Counted from the stretch's first letter, positions 18,409 to 28,356 are shown. The stretch is 64,000 nt of DNA from a virus (IMGVR_UViG_3300027740_000003:352001-416000); one strand, 5' to 3'. Program-made: numbers and translations. Notes: a model not told the origin generated them from the letters alone.

Positions 18409-18991
18409 AGTATTTTATGAATGAAAGAACTGTTGCTAAATCTTTTGCTGCATCAACTTTTGCCGCTGGATTACGTAATAGGTATGATGGGTGATAGACG
18501 GGGAAAACAGAAACGTCCCAATCCTCAGACGCACCATTATCTATTTTTGTTGTAAATCTCTGACCGTGTCTTTTGGTTATACCTTCTCCGGGACCAATTA
18601 GAGCCTCCATAGCTGTTCCACCAAGAGCAACAATACATATTGGTTGGATTACCTGAAGCTGCATTTTTAAATAAGGCAAACATAATTCTATTTCATCTGG
18701 TTCCGGTTTTCTGTTGTCTGGAGGACGACAATGAACCGTATTGCTTATAAAAACATCTTCCCTTTTCAATCCCATGTTTGCAATCATCTTATCAAGTAAT
18801 TTGCCTGCTCGGCCTACAAAAGGCCGGCCAGAAATATTTTCATCGGCACCGGGCCCTTCGCCCACCATAGCAATCTTTGCATTAGGATTCCCCTCTCCAG
18901 GAACAGTTAAGGTTCTTCCTTCACATAATTTACACTTCTCACATTGAGAAATATCTATTGCTATTAAATCAAGAAGGTTTTGTTTTATCAT
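18395..18991 (-). CDS. uracil-DNA glycosylase family 4 (Fe-S)
   Basis: CEKCKLC, GEGPGADE, FVGRAGKLL, CRPPDNRKP, YHPSYLLRN. Confidence 0.93.
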   Translation of the reverse strand: MIKQNLLDLIAIDISQCEKCKLCEGRTLTVPGEGNPNAKIAMVGEGPGADENISGRPFVGRAGKLLDKMIANMGLKREDVFISNTVHCRPPDNRKPEPDEIELCLPYLKMQLQVIQPICIVALGGTAMEALIGPGEGITKRHGQRFTTKIDNGASEDWDVSVFPVYHPSYLLRNPAAKVDAAKDLATVLSFIKYYDSI

Positions 18992-19578
18992 TGGTCCTCT
19001 TTGTTATATTCGGGGACATATACGAATCTACTAATTTTTCCTTTAAAATTCATTTCAACACCAATTCTTCCCCAGTCGTCTTCGCACCCAACCAATCCAT
19101 TTAAAACACCCAAGAAACCAATTCGTGGGTTTATATTATTTCCATCACAATCTTTATCAACTATAACAGTTAAATCTTCATTATTTGCCAAATCCCAATT
19201 AATTGAAACTCTTTCATTAACTAAACCTTTTATTGCCTCGGGATCTTTTTCAAGAAGATCATTGAAAAAATCTATTATTGGTTGAGGATCTGCTTTGTTG
19301 TTATCATATGGAGCTTCTGTTGAGGTCATTCCAGCCAAGGCCCCGAATATTGTTAATTTATCGTCATAAAAATGAATTGTAGGATGTTGACGCAGATCAT
19401 TATTAACTGGTACTTTAATTAATAAAATCTTCTCTGTTGCTTCTGGATCTAACCTTCGCATTGTATCCAAAAGATCTGCTACATATTGAGGATGAATTAC
19501 CGGATTATCCATATTACTTATCTCCACTTGACCCAAAACCGGCCCTATTGCCAGTTCTTTCAGAACAAAGTTTTTCAA
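18988..19578 (-). CDS. hypothetical protein
   Basis: 196-aa ORF. Confidence 0.65.
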   Translation of the reverse strand: MKNFVLKELAIGPVLGQVEISNMDNPVIHPQYVADLLDTMRRLDPEATEKILLIKVPVNNDLRQHPTIHFYDDKLTIFGALAGMTSTEAPYDNNKADPQPIIDFFNDLLEKDPEAIKGLVNERVSINWDLANNEDLTVIVDKDCDGNNINPRIGFLGVLNGLVGCEDDWGRIGVEMNFKGKISRFVYVPEYNKEDQ

Positions 19579-20038
19579 ACTCTTCAGTTGATATTATCAA
19601 TATATGCATCTCTTGCCGTTTTACTGGAATTATTTGTCCAATACGTTCTCCAAAATCTATCTTTAACTCATTATCATTAAAATATTCTTCTAAATCAGAA
19701 GAAACAATATCATTTGGCCCACCAAAATGGAATATTGGCGGGATCCATTGAACGGCAAGTTTCCAATTGTAAGAAAACGTTTCATCAATTGTACCATAAA
19801 GACAATGCAATGATTTCTTTGCAAATGTAGAAGATCTCGGTTTTAATTCCGCCCACCATTCATTTGGCGCAAAAGCTCTAAACCCAAGATTTATTAATGC
19901 TTTATCAAATGGTCGAAGAACAACACCATTCTTTTCTGCACATCTTACATCCCAACCAGTAGCATTAGGTTCACTTCTAGTAGGAAGAAAACTATTATCT
20001 AATCCTTCGTCAAGAACAAATTTAAAGTATGGAATCAT
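19514..20038 (-). CDS. dut: trimeric dUTPase (divergent)
   Basis: ATGWDV, KPRSS, GTID, GERIGQII, RAGFGSSG. Confidence 0.85.
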   Translation of the reverse strand: MIPYFKFVLDEGLDNSFLPTRSEPNATGWDVRCAEKNGVVLRPFDKALINLGFRAFAPNEWWAELKPRSSTFAKKSLHCLYGTIDETFSYNWKLAVQWIPPIFHFGGPNDIVSSDLEEYFNDNELKIDFGERIGQIIPVKRQEMHILIISTEEFEKLCSERTGNRAGFGSSGDK

Positions 20039-20439
20039 AGTTTTGTCTCACAGCTGGCTATGATAGCATCTGTATAGTTGTGAATGTTTATTTGGAATTC
20101 ATTATAATCTGGAGCTTCATATTTACATGTTAAAGAATAGTTTACTACAGTTCCTGGCTTAACACAAGTAATCCACCTAAGCACATGGGCGGTAGTTGTA
20201 GTCTTTGTTCCAGAATATTCACAAAACCATCCAAAAGGAGGATTATACACTATACCAGGAGGATCATTATATCCAATTATTTGGTCATTAATTATCCAAG
20301 TAGTATCATAATAATTCCATGCCGAAGTTGCTGGGATTGGAGCCCCTTGTTGATAATAGGTATATTCATGACAACTTGTTAATGCTAGAGACGCTATTAT
20401 TGCCGCTAATATCTTTTTCATTTCTTTCCTCTTTTTCAA
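20035..20439 (-). CDS. putative lipoprotein
   Basis: Basic N-terminus, hydrophobic stretch, lipobox LTSC. Confidence 0.65.
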   Translation of the reverse strand: MKKRKEMKKILAAIIASLALTSCHEYTYYQQGAPIPATSAWNYYDTTWIINDQIIGYNDPPGIVYNPPFGWFCEYSGTKTTTTAHVLRWITCVKPGTVVNYSLTCKYEAPDYNEFQINIHNYTDAIIASCETKL

Positions 20440-20966
20440 ATCTGAAAATCAAGTATATTTTCTTCCAAATCATTTAACCTAATACTCACAACAGACCCTG
20501 GAACCATAAACTTGTGGCTTAAAGTACAAATGTTTTTATTACAAGCATAAGCTTCTTTTAAGAAAACTGTTTTTGGCATTAAAAATGCCCAAGCCCACCA
20601 ATTTGCTTCCCATTCAACTCTATTATTCCCACCATATCTATCGGCTTCTACTTCTAGTTTTCCACGCTTACTATGGAGTACATAATGAGCAAGATCATGA
20701 GTTAAACTAGTATTGTCTCTAGACAAAGAGAAACAATCCAAAATATTAATAACAAACTCCGTTTTTGAAAATACCCTTAATGATGGTGTATTTTCATATT
20801 CTTCTTTATTTGTGCATCTGGGATTAAAATATTCAACTTTCCCACCTAATCTAGAAATAACCAAATTAACATTGACAGGAATATAACATTCCATTTCCTT
20901 GTGGAAATCTTCAGCTAATTCCTGAATTTCAGCTTTAGATAGGTTAGTTGGTTTAACTTTTTCCAT
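20436..20966 (-). CDS. ImmA/IrrE-family metallopeptidase-like protein
   Basis: SLTHDLAHYVLH and EWEANWWAWAFLMP; HExxH reads HDLAH. Confidence 0.75.
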   Translation of the reverse strand: MEKVKPTNLSKAEIQELAEDFHKEMECYIPVNVNLVISRLGGKVEYFNPRCTNKEEYENTPSLRVFSKTEFVINILDCFSLSRDNTSLTHDLAHYVLHSKRGKLEVEADRYGGNNRVEWEANWWAWAFLMPKTVFLKEAYACNKNICTLSHKFMVPGSVVSIRLNDLEENILDFQI

Positions 20967-20975
20967 CTTTTATTT

Positions 20976-21278
20976 TCAACCATGTATTATTTCTAATTTC
21001 TCACAAGGAACCAGTGCTTGTGGTCCATGTCCCCGATGGTGGCATTCCGTCCAAACAAAACACAAATTTTTATTAATATCTTTTACATAAAAAGTACAAG
21101 AATCAATTCTTTCCACCACTTCCCATCCTTGAGGAAGATTTAACCTTCCAAAAGGCACACAATAGTTAGGCAAAATATTTGGATTATCAGGCTTTGGTTC
21201 TTGCTCAACTAGAGAAGTAGGATCTGGTTCGCACCCAACTAGACAGATCAATAAACAAAATAGTTTTATGAAATTCAT
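20976..21278 (-). CDS. putative lipoprotein
   Basis: MNFIKLFCLLICLVGC lipobox. Confidence 0.65.
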   Translation of the reverse strand: MNFIKLFCLLICLVGCEPDPTSLVEQEPKPDNPNILPNYCVPFGRLNLPQGWEVVERIDSCTFYVKDINKNLCFVWTECHHRGHGPQALVPCEKLEIIHG

Positions 21279-21281
21279 ATT

Positions 21282-21656
21282 TCAATCCCACCAAAATCTA
21301 AATTCGCCCGTTTTTGCATTAAATTTAAGTTCATCCGCCCCAAGACCAAGTAATTTTATAGTATATGAAAACCATTCTCTTAATTGCTTTTTGGAATAAT
21401 TAGAAGGTAATATTCCATATACAGTATCTATCGAGTCTCCTTCATTCAACCCAACATAAACAAATGGAAATTTCTTCATATATAAAAGTAAATCTTCGCC
21501 AGGCCTATTATTCGTCTCCCACTCTAATTTCAAGCCTTTTTTAATATATTTGTTAAGTAATTTATAGTCTATATCAATTTCTTTTTCAGAAATTTCATCA
21601 TACAACATATCAGAAAGCTTTTTTGAGAAAAGCTCTTTTTCTTTTCTATTTCTCAT
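21282..21656 (-). CDS. hypothetical protein
   Basis: 124-aa ORF. Confidence 0.7.
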   Translation of the reverse strand: MRNRKEKELFSKKLSDMLYDEISEKEIDIDYKLLNKYIKKGLKLEWETNNRPGEDLLLYMKKFPFVYVGLNEGDSIDTVYGILPSNYSKKQLREWFSYTIKLLGLGADELKFNAKTGEFRFWWD

Positions 21657-22475
21657 TTATCCCTCGTCAATCAAAAGTTCTCTCTGCAAATTGCTATACA
21701 ACACATCGGGGTCATTTTCTGAAATTCCTGACATCGTTCCGTCATTCAACTCGATAACAATCCAATCACCTTTAACCGGCTTCGCCACATCAATTACATA
21801 ATACACAGGAGGCTCCGACAATTCTGTATTTTGAATTGTATCAATTACTGTTTCTAAAAACTCAATCGGCACCTCTTCTACATTAATCTGACCAGCAAGT
21901 TCCTCGACATGTGAGGACCAATAAAAGCCTCCAGACAGTATCTTCCGTTTATAAACAAAAAACCGATACTCGCGGCTTATTGGCAATCCTTGCAGCCCAT
22001 CTGCCAATTTCTCCAATGGCACATACTCTCTTACATAGATTTTTTGATACTGTAGCAAACTGTCTTGCAACAATCTACTCTCTACAGCAATGGCTTCTTT
22101 TTTATCCCTGGCAAAGAAATGGCTGTTCCATAAAAACTTCTTTGAATTAGTTTCTCCCTTTAGTATAAATTGTTTTCCTTCTGGCAAATAAACTGTGCTG
22201 TCCCAAGTCTTCGGAGTAAATTTCTCTAAATCCTGATACCAGTTGCCTAAATCAGCAATATACCTGTGTTGTTCATAACTATTTATTAGTTTTGCGCCAA
22301 TATATTTAACATCATCCTCTAATTCTTTAAAGAATGGCAACGCGGAAAATCTTGGGATAACTAAATCATTGGATTTAATTTCCATTCGTGAAGAGATACA
22401 TGGAAAATATTTCCTAACTATATTGGATTCTTGTCGCCAATCGACATCATCTCTAAATAGAATTACCGGTCTCAT
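21657..22475 (-). CDS. ATP-grasp protein (R2K/DUF4343-like)
   Basis: FILKG, EYRFFV, YYVIDVA...WIVIELNDGTMSG. Confidence 0.75.
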   Translation of the reverse strand: MRPVILFRDDVDWRQESNIVRKYFPCISSRMEIKSNDLVIPRFSALPFFKELEDDVKYIGAKLINSYEQHRYIADLGNWYQDLEKFTPKTWDSTVYLPEGKQFILKGETNSKKFLWNSHFFARDKKEAIAVESRLLQDSLLQYQKIYVREYVPLEKLADGLQGLPISREYRFFVYKRKILSGGFYWSSHVEELAGQINVEEVPIEFLETVIDTIQNTELSEPPVYYVIDVAKPVKGDWIVIELNDGTMSGISENDPDVLYSNLQRELLIDEG

Positions 22476-23194
22476 ATATTGATCTTGTCAAAAGTTGGTT
22501 TGTGTCCTTCTACAAAAACAAATTTTCTGCCCAATTTATCAGCAACTTTACTGACATTTGCTGTTCCAGCAAACAAATCAAGCACTGTATCTCCTAGATT
22601 AGTATGTGTTTCAACCATAATTTCGCTTAATCTTTTTGGTTTTTCACATTTATGTGTTTTTCCTCGTAGAATTTCCGTAATATCCGTCCAAACGTTAGTT
22701 CTTCTTTTGTATTCGCTTTTAGCGGGATGTTTCTTATCATATCCATCATAACCACGTTTTTCATTCAACAAAGGAATGTTAAACACTAATGGTTTATCTC
22801 CTTTTACTAGCCAGGCTATTTCTTCTCTGGTAAAGAGATAATCGTCTTTCTTACCATAAGCTCTCTTTTTATTCCATGTAATGACATTTTTTAATGTCAA
22901 AGACGTTTGTTCTTCTACTTCAGAAAGGAATTTAAAAAATTGTCTATTATGTTTTGTTCCAATTCCTCCCCAAATATAGGCACTTCCACCATTGCACAGG
23001 AGATCTTCACATAATTCTGCTAGTTTTATATAGTTTTCCCATGTCCATGACCTGTCCCAATTATCAGAGACAATGCCACCATAAGGAGGATCTGCAATAA
23101 GTAGTTTATATTCTTCTAATTCTTTAAAAAGATCTTCATCAAATACATCACAGCAGTATCCTGTGCCATTTGCAAATTGTTTCTTTTCTAACAT
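22472..23194 (-). CDS. orphan DNA N4-C/N6-A methyltransferase (beta class)
   Basis: IADPPY before HKCEKP...VLDLFAGT; no adjacent restriction gene seen. Confidence 0.88.
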   Translation of the reverse strand: MLEKKQFANGTGYCCDVFDEDLFKELEEYKLLIADPPYGGIVSDNWDRSWTWENYIKLAELCEDLLCNGGSAYIWGGIGTKHNRQFFKFLSEVEEQTSLTLKNVITWNKKRAYGKKDDYLFTREEIAWLVKGDKPLVFNIPLLNEKRGYDGYDKKHPAKSEYKRRTNVWTDITEILRGKTHKCEKPKRLSEIMVETHTNLGDTVLDLFAGTANVSKVADKLGRKFVFVEGHKPTFDKINI

Positions 23195-23514
23195 GTCCTC
23201 TTCTTTCTGTGGCAATCAAAGAAGTCTTTTGCAAAATGCCATTTGTCATCGAGTCTTTCTTTTTTAGTAATTCGTAAATCTCTTGCCATATTCTTCAATC
23301 TAACCTCTGTTAGAAAATCAGAATTTGTAGAAAAATTCATCCTGTCCAAAAAACCATCCGAAAATAAAGACATGAAAAATGGAAGATTTATAATGTCTTT
23401 ATTCTTCCAACCACATTCTTTTGCAGCAATCATTATATGAATTGCTTTTAACGCGGCCAATTCAGATTTGAAATCTTTTACAAATGGAGGATTGCCTTTC
23501 ATTTTATTACCCAT
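23188..23514 (-). CDS. hypothetical protein
   Basis: 108-aa ORF. Confidence 0.65.
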   Translation of the reverse strand: MGNKMKGNPPFVKDFKSELAALKAIHIMIAAKECGWKNKDIINLPFFMSLFSDGFLDRMNFSTNSDFLTEVRLKNMARDLRITKKERLDDKWHFAKDFFDCHRKKRTC

Positions 23515-23600
23515 CTTTTTTTATGCACACACCAAAAAAAACAACTGTCTGTGAAGTTCTATAGAGACTTCAACAAATTCGTAATCAGAGCCGTACACAA

Positions 23601-24785
23601 TTATGCCTCTTCTTTTTGAATTACTTCCATCAAAACATCCATAATAAAATCTCTTAAAGATGAAAGCTGATGAATTCCAACTTCATATTTAAATGCCTTA
23701 TTGATCATTTGTGCTGGTTTTGCTATTACAACCTCTTTAGAAGCTACACCAACAAAGTTCAATCTTCGCTGGCCTCCCAAGCAATCTGCATCACCTTCAC
23801 GCAAAACCAGACCGTACATATTAAAATCTTCATGGCCTTTATTAACTAATAGATTACAAAGCCTACCAGATTCTTTTCTTCGAGTCTTCATATCAAGACG
23901 AGTAGTTCCGTATTTAAAATCTCCAGAATCTCCCATGCCCGTATAATGTTTTCTATCTGGATCTTCTCTCCTATCAAACCCCAGATGATCATATATCGGA
24001 TTCATAAGATAAGCAAACATAGCTTCTCCATCTATTGTATCCAACCTAGACCCCCTATGATTTCTCTCCATAACAATTTGATTATGATCTTTGTTTTCTT
24101 TAGAATCAGGTTCAATTAACATAGAGAAAGTAATAAACCCATCATTTGCTATATTAATTTCTTTATTTTGAAGATCTTTAAAGATTCTGTGAAGCTGATT
24201 GTCAAAATCTAAAATGAAATTCTTTAGATTTTCTTTCCTTTGCTCTAAAGGAATAGATGGTTTTTTTGGAGCAGCAGGAATCTCTGGGGCCAGCTTTGCT
24301 ACAAATTTTTGTTTTTCCGCAGCAACGAGAGCTTTTAAATCATCAAATTCACTTGGTTTTGAAGGTATAGGAAGTGGAACGGGGGACCAGGTTGCTTTGT
24401 TATTGTTTTCGCAAGGAAGAAAAGTAAACCCAAGCATTCCATGTGCTTGTCTGCTTTCTTTGCCAGACTTGTATTGTATAAGATCTTCATCAATTGGAAT
24501 AAACTCATCTGAATCTTTTAACCACAACTCTGTTATGTTATTTTCATCAAGTGTAAACTTTGCTTCAGTATTAGCGTGGGTTTTTAAAAATTCTATTTGT
24601 TCCTCGGTAAGTTTGTCTAAAGAATAAGACGACACAGAAAATTTCTTTCCAAGCATCTTAATAGACCAATGATATCCAAATTGGTTTTTAGAAACAGTTA
24701 ATTTATCAGTAATATAATTTTCCGTTTTATAATAAATATTATCAGCGACTAGATCTAGTTCAGAAAGAAGATTAGTTTGATTCAT
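23601..24785 (-). CDS. hypothetical protein
   Basis: 394-aa ORF, GGAG SD, Pro-rich linker between two domains. Confidence 0.8.
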   Translation of the reverse strand: MNQTNLLSELDLVADNIYYKTENYITDKLTVSKNQFGYHWSIKMLGKKFSVSSYSLDKLTEEQIEFLKTHANTEAKFTLDENNITELWLKDSDEFIPIDEDLIQYKSGKESRQAHGMLGFTFLPCENNNKATWSPVPLPIPSKPSEFDDLKALVAAEKQKFVAKLAPEIPAAPKKPSIPLEQRKENLKNFILDFDNQLHRIFKDLQNKEINIANDGFITFSMLIEPDSKENKDHNQIVMERNHRGSRLDTIDGEAMFAYLMNPIYDHLGFDRREDPDRKHYTGMGDSGDFKYGTTRLDMKTRRKESGRLCNLLVNKGHEDFNMYGLVLREGDADCLGGQRRLNFVGVASKEVVIAKPAQMINKAFKYEVGIHQLSSLRDFIMDVLMEVIQKEEA

Positions 24786-24885
24786 CCAATATCTCCAACG
24801 TCATGAAACAGTTTTGTACCTGTCCTTTTGATATTGAAGATACACATCTAAGGTCTCTCGATTATTGAGATTCCTTTCTTGATAT

Positions 24886-25263
24886 TCAAAACCACATCCG
24901 GTGAAGGTTTTTAGCAAGCAACAGTGTGGCTTTTTCAAACCTAATTCGATCACAATCTTCTACCAGAGCATCACACTCGATTGTCTTTTCTAGCATCCAC
25001 ACTATTTCTTTAAATGCCTCTATGGCTTCCGGCCGACTAAACGGATCTATTTTGATAAGCCTTTTTAACCTTGGCAACATAAATTTAGCAACAGTAATGT
25101 CTAAACTCCACAGCTCATCATCTGAGAATCCTCGAGTCAATTTTTGTTTCCATAATTGTAAACGACGTTTCAAAAGTCCAATGTCCAAACAGGGCCATCT
25201 TATTGATAAATTAAATCCTTTTATAAAATCAAACTCTCCTATCAAACCATATGGAAAAATCAT
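24886..25263 (-). CDS. hypothetical protein
   Basis: 125-aa ORF. Confidence 0.65.
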   Translation of the reverse strand: MIFPYGLIGEFDFIKGFNLSIRWPCLDIGLLKRRLQLWKQKLTRGFSDDELWSLDITVAKFMLPRLKRLIKIDPFSRPEAIEAFKEIVWMLEKTIECDALVEDCDRIRFEKATLLLAKNLHRMWF

Positions 25264-25580
25264 TTTTCTTTGCTTTCTTCTAACTGTTTTTCTGCAATTT
25301 TGCGCAGAGTTTTATATATTTCTTCGTATTGCTTAAATTGACCCTCTGTATTATTGCCTTTTCCCCAGATATTATGAAACTGATCATGACATATTTTACA
25401 AAGAGACACGCCATTTACTAGTAAATATCGTTTTTCAGGATAAGCATTCCAGGCCCAAACATGATGACTTTCTAAATAAACATCCTTTGCCAAACAAATT
25501 GCACATTGGAAATTACCGGCAGTTTTTACTGCTCTTGACCATTGTTTATACTTTTCATCATTATCTCTGTCATCTGACAT
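25260..25580 (-). CDS. HNH endonuclease
   Basis: CAIC...ESHHVW...NGVSLCKICHDQFH. Confidence 0.85.
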   Translation of the reverse strand: MSDDRDNDEKYKQWSRAVKTAGNFQCAICLAKDVYLESHHVWAWNAYPEKRYLLVNGVSLCKICHDQFHNIWGKGNNTEGQFKQYEEIYKTLRKIAEKQLEESKEK

Positions 25581-25585
25581 ACATT

Positions 25586-25819
25586 TCACTTCACATTTTT
25601 GCTTATCTTAGCGCCTCGGAAGATAATCACCGGATCCCTTCCTTGTGCAGCCCTAACTTTAATTTCTGTATTATATTTGTCATCTAGATATACTAGTCTG
25701 CTCCAATCATCATGGCCCAAATCAGTAAAATCATTGATTATTACAATTACTCCGTTGCTTTCATCATATTCAGCAACAGCAATTACTCCACCAACACTAG
25801 CAAAAATATCTTCTATCAT
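25586..25819 (-). CDS. hypothetical protein
   Basis: 77-aa ORF, overlapping neighbours. Confidence 0.6.
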   Translation of the reverse strand: MIEDIFASVGGVIAVAEYDESNGVIVIINDFTDLGHDDWSRLVYLDDKYNTEIKVRAAQGRDPVIIFRGAKISKNVK

Positions 25820-26271
25820 TTCAACAAATCCTGTAATCTTCCTTTATTTTGTTCAATCCATTGAGAAACTTTTTGTTCCTCAGATTCGGCCGGACTTTCT
25901 CCTCCAACAAATCCTTGATCCTGATTATAAGATTTCGTGTGCGCAGCTTCATGAGCCACTGTTAATGCTGCCTGAATAATTGCCTCTGGCCCTTGTCCTA
26001 ATCCTTTTATTTTACCAATATTTATATTTAGAATAGCAGGATCTTTGTTTGGACCTGATTGCACAAATCCATAATACATAGATGCCGGAGAAACTTGAAT
26101 CTGCCTTATTCCTTTGAAATAAGTCGGGTCCATTCTCTTAAGAAGTTCTACCGCTTTATTTATTGTTGGTTCCATTGGTTGAACAACAACATTGGGAGAT
26201 TCTAACGCTTGGTCTATAATTTGACCATATTTTGCTAAAAAATACTTGGCCAATATATTAATTTTGCTCAT
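25816..26271 (-). CDS. hypothetical protein with HExxH motif
   Basis: TVAHEAAH plus downstream Glu. Confidence 0.6.
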   Translation of the reverse strand: MSKINILAKYFLAKYGQIIDQALESPNVVVQPMEPTINKAVELLKRMDPTYFKGIRQIQVSPASMYYGFVQSGPNKDPAILNINIGKIKGLGQGPEAIIQAALTVAHEAAHTKSYNQDQGFVGGESPAESEEQKVSQWIEQNKGRLQDLLK

Positions 26272-26285
26272 GTATATATGTTATT

Positions 26286-26570
26286 TTATTCTATTATATC
26301 TTTAATCATCATTTCTACACAAAGCAAAACGTCATTATTCCCATAATATGAACCCTTGTAAATATAATAAAAAGGATATTTTGTTGACATTGGCCTTAAC
26401 TGAGATATAATCTGAAAAAATTCTATATCAGTATCAGTATCAGAATGATTAATACAACGCATACCACATTTTTTACAATTATAAACTCTCGATTCGTTAG
26501 AATTATCTAAAGGTTTATAATTGTCGTCTATGATAAATTCATGATCCTTCTTTGCTTCTTCCGGCAGCAT
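26286..26570 (-). CDS. IKDIIE-tail small protein (class B, Zn-binding)
   Basis: KKDHEF...CKKC...LLCVEMMIKDIIE*. Confidence 0.88.
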   Translation of the reverse strand: MLPEEAKKDHEFIIDDNYKPLDNSNESRVYNCKKCGMRCINHSDTDTDIEFFQIISQLRPMSTKYPFYYIYKGSYYGNNDVLLCVEMMIKDIIE

Positions 26571-26794
26571 TATTCTATTATATCCTTGATAATATATTCG
26601 TCATATCTAAGACACGGATAATAATCATCTAACAAAAGCCAGTCAGCAATCTTTAATCTTCTCAATACATCTCCTTGATTTTGATCTAAAGAATTTAATA
26701 AAAGAGCATAAAATTTTCCACAATGTATACATTTCCCATCAATAAAACGATGTCTTATTCTGTCTCCCGTTATTTCTATTCTGTTATTTTTCAT
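26570..26794 (-). CDS. IKDIIE-tail small protein (class B)
   Basis: HRF...CIHCGK...YYPCLRYDEYIIKDIIE*. Confidence 0.88.
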   Translation of the reverse strand: MKNNRIEITGDRIRHRFIDGKCIHCGKFYALLLNSLDQNQGDVLRRLKIADWLLLDDYYPCLRYDEYIIKDIIE

Positions 26795-26803
26795 CTAAAT
26801 TCA

Positions 26804-27097
26804 TTATTCTATTATATTTTTTATAATTATCTCATCACAAGAAAGCTCCTGTAATTCATAAGACGTTTCCCATAAAATTGGTTTTCCATATCCAACATAA
26901 AACCCTTGATCTAAAGCTTTCATGTTGTATATGTTTTCTTGCCAATCGTTTTCATTTTTATAAAGACGTAAAACTAAACCACATTTTTTACATTTATAAT
27001 TGATAAAATCAAAATCATAAGCTCTATTACCTAGGGAAAAACCTTGATCATAAAAAATTACAAATTCGTGATCCTTCTTTCCTTCTTCCAGCAACAT
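26804..27097 (-). CDS. IKNIIE-tail small protein (class B)
   Basis: KKDHEF...CKKC...LSCDEIIIKNIIE*. Confidence 0.88.
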   Translation of the reverse strand: MLLEEGKKDHEFVIFYDQGFSLGNRAYDFDFINYKCKKCGLVLRLYKNENDWQENIYNMKALDQGFYVGYGKPILWETSYELQELSCDEIIIKNIIE

Positions 27098-27384
27098 TAT
27101 TCTATTATGTCCTTTATAACCATATCAATACACGACATTTGTTGAGCTTCATATGAAAGTTTATATGTTCTAAAATCATAATACCAGCCCTGTTCATATG
27201 CCAAACTGTTATATACATTTTTAATACACAATTCCGGATTTTCAATTACACATAATGTAATTTTACATTTGCTGCATCTATAATAATGCATGTCAGAATT
27301 TTTACATTCGGGAAGATCATATCTTTCAGTTGAAATGAAAACAAAATTATGATCAGCAATGGCACTTTCAGGAATTGGTCTCAT
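27097..27384 (-). CDS. IKDIIE-tail small protein (class B)
   Basis: ADHNF...CSKC...MSCIDMVIKDIIE*. Confidence 0.88.
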   Translation of the reverse strand: MRPIPESAIADHNFVFISTERYDLPECKNSDMHYYRCSKCKITLCVIENPELCIKNVYNSLAYEQGWYYDFRTYKLSYEAQQMSCIDMVIKDIIE

Positions 27385-27614
27385 TCAATAATGTCCTTTA
27401 TCATTGCTTCACTCTCTGTTAAACATGGATAATATTTGTCTAAAACGGAATCTATAATATCAAATGTTTGTCCGAAAGAACGACTATATTCTTTTTCATG
27501 TTCTTTTTTTAATTTGTTCAATAACAAAAAATAACTTTTCCCGCAAATTCTGCACCCATATCCATTTTGGTTTTGAAAATGAACAAACCTATGATTCATT
27601 CTCTTTTCTGGCAT
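27381..27614 (-). CDS. IKDIIE-tail small protein (class B)
   Basis: NHRF...CRICGK...YYPCLTESEAMIKDIIE*. Confidence 0.88.
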   Translation of the reverse strand: MPEKRMNHRFVHFQNQNGYGCRICGKSYFLLLNKLKKEHEKEYSRSFGQTFDIIDSVLDKYYPCLTESEAMIKDIIE

Positions 27615-27867
27615 TTAAATCTCTTTTTAATTCTTCTTTAAATTCCTCTGTAAAATATCTACAATATCCCATTATTAGTCCAAAACACCTCTTGCAAACA
27701 TAATTCGTGGCCGGATGTCTTGCATATTTTACCCATTCGTCAGAATACATCTCCGGAGAAGGATATGGCCAAACAATCTCTTCAGAAATCTTCACCTCAG
27801 CAGAAGTTGTTTTTCCAAATAAATTCCTGCATAATGAACAAGTTTCTCCAGTACATTCATCTGTCAT
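27589..27867 (-). CDS. hypothetical zinc-finger protein
   Basis: CSLC...CKRC. Confidence 0.65.
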   Translation of the reverse strand: MTDECTGETCSLCRNLFGKTTSAEVKISEEIVWPYPSPEMYSDEWVKYARHPATNYVCKRCFGLIMGYCRYFTEEFKEELKRDLNARKENES

Positions 27868-28026
27868 TCTCTACCTCGTTTAATCTTTTAATACATTCAT
27901 CCGCAATCTGTTGGTGCCTGGCATCATCAAGCTTTGCCTGCATATATGCATCCATCCAAAATAAAGCCTTATATGATGTAAACATCAAACATAATAGAAT
28001 AAATACCAAAAATATATAATATTGTT

Positions 28027-28356
28027 TCACTTGTCTTCTCCAAAATATTCATCAACTATTTTTAAAGCATCAACCTCTTGCTGCTTCGTCATTCCGTTGC
28101 TTCTTTGATCATAAATTAAATTACAATGAATGTTTTTCAAAGTTTCCCGATCAACATAAAAATATAACAAATGAATCCATCCAAAAAACACCAGGGCCAA
28201 TATAGACAATATTGTGTCTTTAATAGACAGTTTTTCATAATTGCCAGTTGTACTAATTGTTTTCTGAATATCAAAACTCAGCTTGGCAGAATTCCAAACC
28301 GATGTAATTGTAAACATTATATATATTAAAACAAACAAACAAATATAAAATATCAA
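28027..28356 (-). CDS. hypothetical membrane protein
   Basis: Two hydrophobic helices. Confidence 0.65.
   Translation of the reverse strand: MIFYICLFVLIYIMFTITSVWNSAKLSFDIQKTISTTGNYEKLSIKDTILSILALVFFGWIHLLYFYVDRETLKNIHCNLIYDQRSNGMTKQQEVDALKIVDEYFGEDK

Noticed and set aside
23515-23600. Hairpin TGAAGT...ACTTCA near a T-run as a terminator
   Set aside because: The stem is weak and AT-rich, and the U-tract is 10 nt away.
26784-26804. Six-codon mini-ORF MNLDEK coupled by TAATG to the 26804 tail
   Set aside because: Too short to support; probably a relic of the coupling junction.
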